Assembly (NCBI GenBank): GCA_913055735.1
Contig: CAJXKD010000003.1
Span: 6,561-70,560, forward strand
DNA: 64,000 nucleotides
Origin: an uncultured Rhodospirillales bacterium
Lineage (GTDB): Bacteria; Pseudomonadota; Alphaproteobacteria; Rhodospirillales; UBA2165
Direction: 5' to 3'
Each line of letters opens with the position of its first letter. Positions within the stretch are counted from its first letter, which is position 1. Shown piece after piece: positions 15,801 to 23,700 of this stretch. The notes below the pieces were generated by a model. The model saw nothing but the letters and a program-made list of their open reading frames with translations, ran no database searches and was not told where the DNA came from. Both the position numbers and the translations under genes were made by a program.

Positions 15801-18369
15801 CTCGCCTACGACCCCCGTAACGCCGCCGCCGCTGTCGGGTCCTCTGTCCGATGACAGCGGTCTCGATATTTTCCCAATGACCGTCGGTCTCCGCATCGCA
15901 CGCGCGCGCAATATCGACCCAGCGTTCGCCGACGTTCCCGGCGTTCGGCAGGTCACGAGCTCCATCCCGCCAATGACACTTTCCGGGGCAACGGGCACGA
16001 ACCAGCTGGGGCCCTTTGCGCAAGCGTTCGAAGAAGCGTTTCCGGTCTTCAAGGTGGCAACCGGCGAGGCGTCCTCGTCGGCAACCGCGGCAGCTCCTGC
16101 CACCGGTGCAAAAGCGATATGGCTTGTTCGGCTGGGGGCGACCGCCGCTGATGATGGCATCTACCTGAACCTCCAGGATGATCCCATTTACTATGCGCCC
16201 AGACCTGTGGCAACCAGCCTGGTGAGCCGGACGGGCATTGCGATTTATGACATTGAGAAGGGGAAAACCCTTCAGCAGATGATTGATGCCGATCCGGGGT
16301 GCACTGGCGGGTACTGTCACCTCAAAAACTTTAGCGCCGTCGATCTTGGTACGCTCGCACGGCAGTTTCTTGCGGCGATCGATCAAGCGCTTGCCCCCGA
16401 GATGGCCGCCGCCGCCGCGATCGCCTCACCAGACGATTTTGCAAGCCTCATGTCATCCAAGGAAGCACTCGCGGCGATCTTGTCCACAGCGGACAGCGGC
16501 GGTCCGGCCACGACACCCCAGGTGATGCCGGTGTTCCAGGATTCCAAGCCTCCGGCAGGCGGTACGACGGCTGCCGGATCGGCGCTCGAGAACGAACTAC
16601 TGGCTGAGCTCAGCAACCTCCATAAGGTAGAGACAATTGTCCAATGTTCGGTGGAGTCCCATTGGAACAATCCGACGCAGACAGACAGCGTTGTGGAGTT
16701 TTTTGGCAAACTGTCGCCGCAGGTTCAGACGCCGAAGCCTGCGTTTGCGTTCTCCGGCTCGGCAATTCCGGTAACCCAGGGGGCGACGGCGACGCAGCTT
16801 ACAGCGTTGTTTAATGTCAATCAGACGCATCTCAAATCCTCCGGACCCACCGGAACCGGGGCGCCCGATTTCGTCGAAGACGCCACCTTCCATGTCACCG
16901 CACTAGCACACAACATTGGGCCGGGTGCGGTTACCGGATACCACAATACAGACTGGCTCTCCTTCGTCGAACCCTTCGAGCTGGGTAACGGCGTCGCGCC
17001 GGCCGTGACCGCGACGCCTCCGCCGCTCGGGTTGGATATTCCGTTGCCGCTGCGTGCCTATCCGACGGCGCCGTCACTGAAGGGGCAGGCCGACGTTCCT
17101 GCGCTACTGCAATTCGGCCAAGTTCCCAGCAATGCCGAGATTTCGATCAGCGATGCCGCGACTTGGACCTATGAGTACAGCTACCAGTACATTGGCGCCT
17201 CGCAAGACACGATTTCGACCTCTCTCCAATTCAACGTGGCTGGCACGACCGGTGCCGTTGGCTCATATCTCGGCATGGGCACGGACCTTGCTGCGGACTT
17301 GCTCCAGTTCGCTGCTATATATCCCGGGCTCGCCGCAGATCTCGCGCACCTGCCGGAGTTCCTTGAGGATAACCAAGCATCGACACCGACTGCTGTCAGC
17401 GCGAAACTTGCGCTTACGTCGCTTTGTCAGATCGCGGTATACGTCGCGCAAGCCTGGAAGGGGTGGTCCGAATTCCAACTCACTTACACTTATCAGTACG
17501 AAATCGAGCAGGCGCCTACCGGCCCGACTGCCGCCCCCCTGTTGTCCGTTCAGGTCAGCAAAGTACAGGGATCTTCCGGTATCTACCCCAATGCAGAAAT
17601 CCCAATGCCCGGGATAGAAATCGAGGGCTTCACCACGCATCCGACGCCGCCGATTTCTGCGACTACCGTTGGGCCCGGAGCGACGATGATGAATTACACG
17701 TTCTCCACCACCGGACCTAGCGGTCCCGTATATCTCGGCTGGGAGGATCGGGCATCGTACCCAATACGCACGGTCAGCTTCGCGGGGCTGAACGTGCTGA
17801 AACAGGAAAACGCCTGGGCCGGTGTCGGCGTTGTTCGAAACAAAGACCTAGAACGGACCGGCCCAACCGGCGGCTGGCGTCCGGTTGATCCCGCCTTCAT
17901 CTATGAGACCCCGCTGATCCGGTTCGTGAACGTGCTCAACCCGTTTCTGGACCCCGCGGGAGAGATTATTCTCTCTGACGAGTTCGACCCGGTAGAGAAA
18001 ACGCTCGAAGGCTACTTAACGGCGCTGTTTGCAAAATTGTTCAAAGACCTTTCGCCGTCAGCTTCGGTATTGGTTAAGCTGGCGGTGAGCTACGGCTATA
18101 TGCTGTCGGAGAACGATTTGCCGGTCGAATTGCCGATGTTTCTTACCACACCGCACAATTTTCCGCAGACCGGAGACCCCGCATATATCACAGCGGTGTC
18201 CGACCGGATAACATACTGGTTCAGTGAGCGCGGCATTAAGCCGGCGAAGGTTAGCAACGGTTTCATCGCGTTCGACCTGACAATCTTTTCGACGCTGAGC
18301 GAGAGCCAGCTTCCAATGTTGCGGCTGCGGCAGCTCCTGCTGTACTGCGACAAAGTGAATTGGAGCTAA
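12799..18369 (+). CDS. giant hypothetical protein (1856 aa) with N-terminal LysM-like repeats and GPTG / Gly-X-Thr runs
   Basis: Uninterrupted 5.6-kb ORF overlapping the upstream stop (ATGA). The N-terminus is MTSLTPPPPPPGATGITAGATGP. It has four degenerate LysM-like repeats, at least 20 GPT/GxTG motifs, and the run GVTGATGTTGATGITGTTGATGPA. No signal peptide seen. Confidence 0.85.
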   Translation: MTSLTPPPPPPGATGITAGATGPLNAFMLIDYMNLIIKEGVNDAVSEFRATTVVPGTTGPKSLSQLAAAYPPNSQAPTGVSRIVQIAQANQQIPLATGTTMTFSDVSFVPSPGATLGGIAQRFDVAATALASVENNPQLSYQTLPSGVTAVQLAGPTGETAVGVTGGASFQDVARRYGITGPTAIDSALIWPNLDVVDRLLVPGQPVHIPTFSQAVTGPVSLASLAAYYNLSLDAVATQNADTPIFGETASVAVPQAQTMTVGHLISRLMADGFDQKIAGLAGRALLHGLRVPYPGQRAGPRVGLFEVTGQQVGVSGLTADSLVTLGYPGPTAPAWLHFAALSPTGVTAHGSSLPIGVTGATGTTGATGITGTTGATGPAPHPHVAFPVGVTGMAYIERLAGATAYSPTGSFVELQPYHIYQRSFTLPHSITWNVPQNPPGPTGIVPVGPTGSYGSPAATGDTGASPMGTYFIRAFPSKLRDLLQTGATGSKTTPFSVIKRDNPAPGATAAVEQVTPYAFTTMIQVNVSQVPQENGTSEFVYALQGTSEADKSLLATLLAQPMAPQAIFLLYPARGAQKGQKNAPVALSSDQEPTAFIFHTNPTTTSVPHGGEIWSANARLLAGGVVSSQAVNFLQQIWEVDEVNQGGFYLYYRTAEGKGLPSYLFSQKPNATVTVLMPYGVASENTPSGLGYLIPRYVNSIVLDTAASAKNQGLYVEPVGPASGFDAALQVKTPTIHPGTVAFEISRPNPNYAPGPTVTTAHELDELYSIVEANIPAQAGWAASRPGLPVGPRNPSPGITAGPSPSFTYDIGFPISHLAIGPPGVTGPTGTTGPSALNNPYAGVGETLTVQFDLFDIFGNTLRPSDGPAWLSTTTLPGYTDYLVGIDNWPQVGRSYSVDSAQNIQINLTFNANYFYEIYEADKGTQPDYVSAVLDAAETVQQTFEKIYYQLSRPDVSATIVTSFDPDSSNDVTVSLRDFVTACWVKVCGIVETLRKKRALSPTTPVTPPPLSGPLSDDSGLDIFPMTVGLRIARARNIDPAFADVPGVRQVTSSIPPMTLSGATGTNQLGPFAQAFEEAFPVFKVATGEASSSATAAAPATGAKAIWLVRLGATAADDGIYLNLQDDPIYYAPRPVATSLVSRTGIAIYDIEKGKTLQQMIDADPGCTGGYCHLKNFSAVDLGTLARQFLAAIDQALAPEMAAAAAIASPDDFASLMSSKEALAAILSTADSGGPATTPQVMPVFQDSKPPAGGTTAAGSALENELLAELSNLHKVETIVQCSVESHWNNPTQTDSVVEFFGKLSPQVQTPKPAFAFSGSAIPVTQGATATQLTALFNVNQTHLKSSGPTGTGAPDFVEDATFHVTALAHNIGPGAVTGYHNTDWLSFVEPFELGNGVAPAVTATPPPLGLDIPLPLRAYPTAPSLKGQADVPALLQFGQVPSNAEISISDAATWTYEYSYQYIGASQDTISTSLQFNVAGTTGAVGSYLGMGTDLAADLLQFAAIYPGLAADLAHLPEFLEDNQASTPTAVSAKLALTSLCQIAVYVAQAWKGWSEFQLTYTYQYEIEQAPTGPTAAPLLSVQVSKVQGSSGIYPNAEIPMPGIEIEGFTTHPTPPISATTVGPGATMMNYTFSTTGPSGPVYLGWEDRASYPIRTVSFAGLNVLKQENAWAGVGVVRNKDLERTGPTGGWRPVDPAFIYETPLIRFVNVLNPFLDPAGEIILSDEFDPVEKTLEGYLTALFAKLFKDLSPSASVLVKLAVSYGYMLSENDLPVELPMFLTTPHNFPQTGDPAYITAVSDRITYWFSERGIKPAKVSNGFIAFDLTIFSTLSESQLPMLRLRQLLLYCDKVNWS
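12955..13566 (+). other. four degenerate LysM-like repeats (domain-level annotation within the 1856-aa protein)
   Basis: Repeats: KSLSQLAAAY...IAQANQQIPLATG; ATLGGIAQRFDVAATALASVENNPQL; ASFQDVARRYGITGPTAIDSALIWPNLDVVDRLLVPGQPVHIP; VSLASLAAYYNLSLDAVATQNADTPIF...VAVP. They fit the LysM pattern (S/T)L..IA..Y.(I/L)....L...N......L..GQ.(L/V).IP by eye. Not HMM-verified. Confidence 0.5.
13867..13938 (+). repeat. in-frame collagen-like run, 8 triplets (GVT GAT GTT GAT GIT GTT GAT GPA)
   Basis: Read directly from the codons ggc gtt acg ggt gcg acc ggg acg acc ggc gcg aca ggt ata acc gga acg acc ggt gcc acg ggc cct gcg. Confidence 0.85.
15262..15306 (+). repeat. in-frame collagen-like run, 5 triplets (GPP GVT GPT GTT GPS)
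   Basis: Read directly from the codons, in frame with the 1856-aa ORF. Confidence 0.8.
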
Positions 18370-18373
18370 GCGG

Positions 18374-20263
18374 ATGAAACTCAGCGTCGTTCTCTACACA
18401 GAGGGGCTTCCCTTTACCGGTAATACGCTGGCGACACAGTCGCTTGGCGGTGCCGAGACAGCGTTTATCTATGTTGCGCGCGAACTCGCGCGGATGGGGC
18501 ACGACGTGGCTGTTTTCTGCCACTGCACACAGTCGGGCGCCTTCGATGGTGTCGACTACCGCGACCTCGCCGCGTTTCCAGCATGGTGTGCCGGGGACAG
18601 GTGCGATCTCTTCATCTGCTCCCGCTATTTCGAGATCTTTGGCGCGCCGATCCCGGCCACCATGAAGATTCTGTGGTGTCACGATATGTATGGGCCGGAT
18701 CACTTCCAGCGGCTGGAAATGTTTTTGCCCCGCATAAACGAAGTGTATTGCCTTTCCGAATTTCACCGAAGTCATTTTATTCGGCACCTTCCGGCGTGGG
18801 AGCCGAAGATAAAGAAAGTTCACAATGGCATCGATTTTTCCCTCGTAAATGAAGTGTCGGGCGGGATCGAAGAATCTCACAAGGTTATGTATACGTCCCG
18901 CCCAGAAAGGGGGTTGCTGCGGGCCCTGGAAATTTATGAGCGACACGGCGATCCGACGCTGGAGTTTGTGGCTTGTACCTATGATTATCCGTGGAAGCAG
19001 GGGGGTATCGATGCCATTGAGCAGGCTTGTAAAGCCAGAATTGACGATCTCTGTAAGCGAGGCTTTCCCGTTGCGATGGGATCGTTTTCAAAGCGTGAGT
19101 TGTATCGCCATCTCACCGAAAGCAAGGCGGTTATTTACCCAGCCGAAGTCGCGGAGATTATGCCGATTTCCGCTTTGGAAGCATTAGCGTGTCGTACCGT
19201 TTATCTTGCACCCGACCACTCTGCCTTTCAGGAGATCGTTCCGTACGAGCGAATAGATCTCGAGAACACGGAACGATGGCTGGAACAGCTCCACAATGTC
19301 TTACATAACGACTCAATGCGGGCGGAGCTGGCCGAATATGGATGGCGGCACGTACAGTTCTACAGTTGGGCCGGCGTTGCCAAGACATTTACGAGTAGTG
19401 ACGCTCTGAACGACCTTCGGATCCTGCACACGTCAAAGGTAAAACAGGCCGATCCCAAGAATTTAAACGGCGTTGGCCCGTTGATAAGCTGCGTGATGCC
19501 CACCTGGGACGGGGTCATTTTGGCCAAGGAAGCGATCCGATGCTTCATCGGGCAACGTTACTCCAACAGAGAGCTTGTGATTGTGGCAGGTGGCAGTGAA
19601 CGCAGTCAACTGGCGGTCTCCTCTTATGTCTCGGGGCTAGGACGTGACGACATCAGATGCATATGTCTGCGGGGTGAGGGGGCGACGCTGGGTGACATGC
19701 GGAACATTGGTTTGGACAATGCAAGGGGGGAGGTCATTTGTCAGTGGGACGATGACGGCCTCTATCATCCGTCGCGGCTGGAAGTGCAAATCGGTGCCAT
19801 GCTTGATGCTGACGCGTCTGCCTGTTTTTTGACCGATCACCTGCAGTATTTCGCGATGCAGCAGGAGCTATTTTGGATTGACCGGACCGTCGAGGGACAG
19901 AATCATGGAGAGAGCGCTCAATTCGTCCCCTCGCTGATGATCGACAAAAATGCGGGATTTCGATATGTGGAACACGGGGATGAAGAGTTTGCCACGATTG
20001 GTGACGAAAGGCGTGATTCCATCACGGAACAGCTTAAAACAGTCAATCTGTCGCAGTACGGATATGTCTATATTTGCCGTAGTCATCCGAGAAGCACGCT
20101 ACCGGAAAAATATCACAGAAAGATAAATGATTATGCTGCTCCGGTAGACTACATGGCCCAGCGTTGTAGCGATCTCCTTCGGGCGCTGTCAGAATATCGA
20201 CTCCCAACTCCCATATCGGTCAAAGCGCGTGACGGCAGAGAGGTGATTAACTATCGGGTTTGA
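18374..20263 (+). CDS. bifunctional glycosyltransferase (N-terminal GT4/GT-B-like domain fused to C-terminal GT2/GT-A-like domain), 629 aa
   Basis: Starts 4 nt after the 1856-aa stop, with a GGAG RBS. The N-terminus has GGAETAFIYVARELARMGHDV, typical of group-1 glycosyltransferases. The C-terminal half has ISCVMPTWDG...ELVIVAGGS...CQWDDDGLYHPSRL (GT2 DxD-type). GC is visibly lower than in the giant genes. Confidence 0.75.
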   Translation: MKLSVVLYTEGLPFTGNTLATQSLGGAETAFIYVARELARMGHDVAVFCHCTQSGAFDGVDYRDLAAFPAWCAGDRCDLFICSRYFEIFGAPIPATMKILWCHDMYGPDHFQRLEMFLPRINEVYCLSEFHRSHFIRHLPAWEPKIKKVHNGIDFSLVNEVSGGIEESHKVMYTSRPERGLLRALEIYERHGDPTLEFVACTYDYPWKQGGIDAIEQACKARIDDLCKRGFPVAMGSFSKRELYRHLTESKAVIYPAEVAEIMPISALEALACRTVYLAPDHSAFQEIVPYERIDLENTERWLEQLHNVLHNDSMRAELAEYGWRHVQFYSWAGVAKTFTSSDALNDLRILHTSKVKQADPKNLNGVGPLISCVMPTWDGVILAKEAIRCFIGQRYSNRELVIVAGGSERSQLAVSSYVSGLGRDDIRCICLRGEGATLGDMRNIGLDNARGEVICQWDDDGLYHPSRLEVQIGAMLDADASACFLTDHLQYFAMQQELFWIDRTVEGQNHGESAQFVPSLMIDKNAGFRYVEHGDEEFATIGDERRDSITEQLKTVNLSQYGYVYICRSHPRSTLPEKYHRKINDYAAPVDYMAQRCSDLLRALSEYRLPTPISVKARDGREVINYRV

Positions 20264-20325
20264 GCAGCGGAGGCATCTATTTTCTGCCTCTTGTCCGATC
20301 CCTTATTTGCTTAAAGCAGACCTAT

Positions 20326-20379
20326 GAGCTTGCCTACTCGAACGAGTCTGCAAAATCCAAATCCTGCCCCCGCAACCAA
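20326..20379 (+). repeat. 54-nt repeat element, copy 1
   Basis: gagcttgcctactcgaacgagtctgcaaaatccaaatcctgcccccgcaaccaa. It matches 32292-32345 at 49 of 54 positions, with perfect 25-nt and 13-nt cores. It lies 63 nt after the glycosyltransferase stop and just upstream of a terminator hairpin. Confidence 0.9.
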
Positions 20380-20385
20380 TTTTAG

Positions 20386-20414
20386 CCCATTATCCCGTTG
20401 AGATAATGGGTTTT
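20386..20414 (+). terminator. Rho-independent terminator
   Basis: Stem cccattatc / gataatggg (9 bp), 7-nt loop, followed by TTTT. Confidence 0.7.
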
Positions 20415-20505
20415 CGCATTTCCGGTGCCGACATTTCCGAATTTGACGCGCGTCGTCCGCAGTTTAAGGAGCGGTCGTCAGGTCTAATTTCAATTTATTG
20501 GGGAA

Positions 20506-20548
20506 TGGTGCCGAAGAGGGACTCGACCCCTCGGCAGGGTGCCGAATC
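20506..20548 (-). other. tRNA 3'-end-like fragment (T-arm + acceptor strand + CCA); not an intact tRNA
   Basis: The minus-strand reading ends ...gaggg-gtcgagt-ccctc-ttcggca-cca. That is a perfect 5-bp T-stem, a 7-nt T-loop-like sequence (G instead of T at the first loop position), then a 7-nt strand and CCA. No matching 5' acceptor strand, D-arm or anticodon arm was found upstream. Confidence 0.3.
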
Positions 20549-20776
20549 TAGCCATAGCTTGCCTTCCAGTCCCATCAAAACACTGTTTTCTAGCAGTAGG
20601 GGTAATTTCGACACGAAATTGTTCGCGCCGCTACTACCGTACGTTTGTCGGACATTTTTCATTACAATTTCGTCATAACCCGCAAAAAATGCCCTTCATG
20701 AGTTCACAGCGTCACGAATCCATGGCTAAGTTCCAAATATTCTTTCTGTGTTGGTCGGAAATATTTGGAGATATGC

Positions 20777-23700
20777 ATGTTTCGTCGGTTCGGCACTGCG
20801 GCAGCTCTATTATTTGTTCTTACCTTTTCTTCATCGGAACTGCGCGCGCAAACGACGTCATCTGATTTGACGCAACAATTCTCGTCCCGGATCGGGGCGT
20901 TGGATGTCTTTTCGGGAGCGTCGTTGCAATCCGCAACGGAAACGACGCGCGGCGTCGATCTGACGTTCTCCGGTGGACAAACCGTTCATGCCTTTGCGCA
21001 ATCCGGGAACTCGGACGCTTATAACTATGCGCTCGCTTTGTCCGACACGACGTTCAACATCACGAGTTCCACCGCCGGCGCTGACTACCTCTCCGCTTTG
21101 TCCCTGTCCCAAGCCGTTTTCATTTATGCTGAGTCCGACAATCAGATTGCGGCCGCCGATCTGCCCTCCGCGGTTACGAGCCGTCTACAGCAGGTTGCCG
21201 CCGGGGCCGGAAATACCCTCTCCCTTCGCCGGGGCGTCAACGCTTTCGTTCAAATCGATTTCGGCAACTCGGTGCCGGGCCGGTTCCTGACCCAAGAACT
21301 GGGGCTGACCAATGTCAGCGAAGCTTTCAGCGGCATCCTGCCCGATGCGATCTTTGTGAGCCACCTCACGGGTGCCTCCCAGGAGGCCGCCCTTAGCGCC
21401 GAGAATTTCGCCCTGTCTGGCTCCATCGGGAAGCTCGCCTTAAAAGATGTGCCAACCGATTTCATCAAATGGCCGGGCACCTCGTCCCTGTCCCTCGCTG
21501 CCGACGAAACTGGCCTGGCGTTGAAATCCGAGTCGAGCATCGAGATGGTCGTCGCCGGTAACACATTACAATACGACCTTACCATCGAAGGCCGGTCCGC
21601 CGCCGGCGCCATGACGGGCAAGCTCGACGGCAAGCTGGAAGGACAAACGCTGATCAGCTTCGGCGGGGTGAGTGTGTCCGGGCTGGAGGTGACGGCGGAC
21701 AATACCGGCGATGGATGGGACCTGACGTTCAACGGCACGGCCGAGGTCGGCTCGAAATCCGTCGAGGCGGAAATCGAGTACACCCACGCCGGCCTTTCCG
21801 ACGCGACATTTGATGTGAAGGTGTCCTCCGGATTGACGCTCGCGGATCTCCTGCCCAGCGGCGTCAATCTGCCCGGTCTCTCCTCCATAACCATCGAAAA
21901 CGCCGCATTCGGCAGCGATCACATATCGGCGACGCTGGCCAGCGCGAACCACTCCTATGCCTTCGTGATGAAATCCGATGGCAACGGCGGCACCATCGCC
22001 ATCATCGAAGCCGACGCCCTGAACCTCGGCGAGGCGATACCCGGCGCCGCTTCGAGTTTCCTGGCAAATCTTAGCATCGTTCAGCCGGTTCTCGTCCTGG
22101 AGACCGGAACGACGGCACGGGAGCTTTCCTTTGCCGGGCTACCTGACGATATCCGCACAGCCCTAACGCGGTTTTCGGAGAATTCCGTTCAGTTGCAACC
22201 GGGGCTGAACGTTTTTGCCACGTTCGATCCCACCCAGTCACAGGCCGCATCCGTGTTGCAGCAGGTCGGCTTGAACCGTCCGCTGCCGTTGACCGGCGCC
22301 ATCGATCCGCAAATCCTCACCGATCTCGTGTCGCACGCCAAAGGCGCCGCCGCGCGTGTCAGTAATACATTGACCGCCGGAACGCTGCCGAAGATCGATC
22401 TCACGGTGCCGCTGCCGCAGTTCTCGATCCCTGGCACTCCGCAGGGCGGCGTGTTCAAGTCTCCGGAGCTCCGGATCACCCGGGGCGACGTCGAGAATTC
22501 CTCGACCGACGGCACCATCAAGGTGGCCGTCACCTCCGAGTTCGATATCACGGTGGCGGGCAGCCGTCTCGCTTTCCCGGGGGAACTCGATTTCGCGACG
22601 AGCAGCGGCAACGTGCCCGACCTTTCCTTCACCGGCAGCATGGCCAACGGCTGGTCGGCGGCATTCGGGGTTAGCTGGCTGCAGATCGACAGCCTCGATC
22701 TCGCAATTGCCTCCAAGGCGGCGGCCCAGGGAACGGGCCGCGATTTCAGCTTCGCCATGTCCGGTACTACCGATCTCGGCCAGAGCCAAGGTGTCGGTAT
22801 CGACGTTGATCTGACCGTGGAGAACAATCAGGTGGCAGGTGCGGAGTTCAAAATGAGCAACGCCCTCAGTCTCAGCGATCTGCCGCCCCTCGGCCATCTA
22901 CCGGCCGTCAGCAAGATCGGGCTCGCGAATCTCGACATCAAGATCGCGGGGACGGGCAACAATCGTGAGCTTGAGCTCTCGGGCGAGGTCAGCACCGCCG
23001 ACATTTTCAGTTTTCAGGGGCTGACGTTCGCGGGCGGCACCTTCCGCGCCCAGGAAAGCGGCCAGGGCTGGAATTTGAGCGTCGTCGGGAACGGCGACCT
23101 GAATTCGAAGGCGGTGCAGATCGATGCCAAGATCGATACGACGTCAGGTGCCAAGGACTACGCGGCGGATATCACCGGCGATATCAAGCTGTCCGATCTT
23201 GCCGGTTCCGTTGCCAGCGCGCTCGATTCGCTCACGGTCAATGAACTGCTGATCACCGGTGATCTGCTCGATGCCAAGGTAACGGTGGGCAGCGAATCCC
23301 TGGAACTCGCCCTGTTCAAGGCAGGGGACGCCGGTAACCGGTACTTTGCCCTTACCGCGGGTGAGATTGATCTCGGCAACGCCATCCCCGGGATCGGCTC
23401 CGCGCTCAACGGCGCGCTGCTCAAGGACGGCACGCTTGTTCTCGCCCGATCGGGCACGGATCTAACCGGCGTGTCGGCGGACGACCTCCCCGAGGGGCTG
23501 GCGACCGCCGTGACCGATGTTGCCGGCGGCACGATCGACATCAAGGCGGGCGTCACCGTGCTCGCGCAGCTTGACGTCAGCGGCGCGAACAGCGCCAAAC
23601 AGACGTTCGATACGTTGGCTGTTCCGGCGACGATACCCATCAAGGGAAGCATCGATCCGACAATGCTTGTGTCTGCCTTCGGCTCCGCCAGCACCCGCGC

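Noticed and set aside
14506-16386. 626-aa minus-strand ORF inside the 1856-aa gene.
   Set aside because: Same shadow-ORF signature (very Arg-rich, no motifs, no RBS context). The + strand ORF is three times longer and translationally coupled to its neighbours.
1-20263. Interpretation of the first block as a prophage, tailocin or extracellular contractile injection system.
   Set aside because: Collagen-like runs and LysM-like repeats are reminiscent of tail fibre and baseplate proteins. However, I could not recognise any sheath, tube, spike/PAAR, baseplate wedge, terminase, portal, capsid, AAA+ ATPase or integrase gene in the window. It remains a hypothesis to test, not a call.
20506-20590. 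Possible intact tRNA gene on the minus strand.
   Set aside because: Only a T-arm plus 3' strand plus CCA can be drawn. The upstream 45 nt provide no complementary acceptor strand, D-arm or anticodon stem. It is kept only as a low-confidence tRNA-like fragment.
20406-20865. Short ORFs 20406..20678 and 20539..20865 in the gap before the giant lectin gene.
   Set aside because: They have no RBS and atypical composition. They overlap the terminator, the tRNA-like fragment and the giant gene's own start, so they are most likely non-coding.
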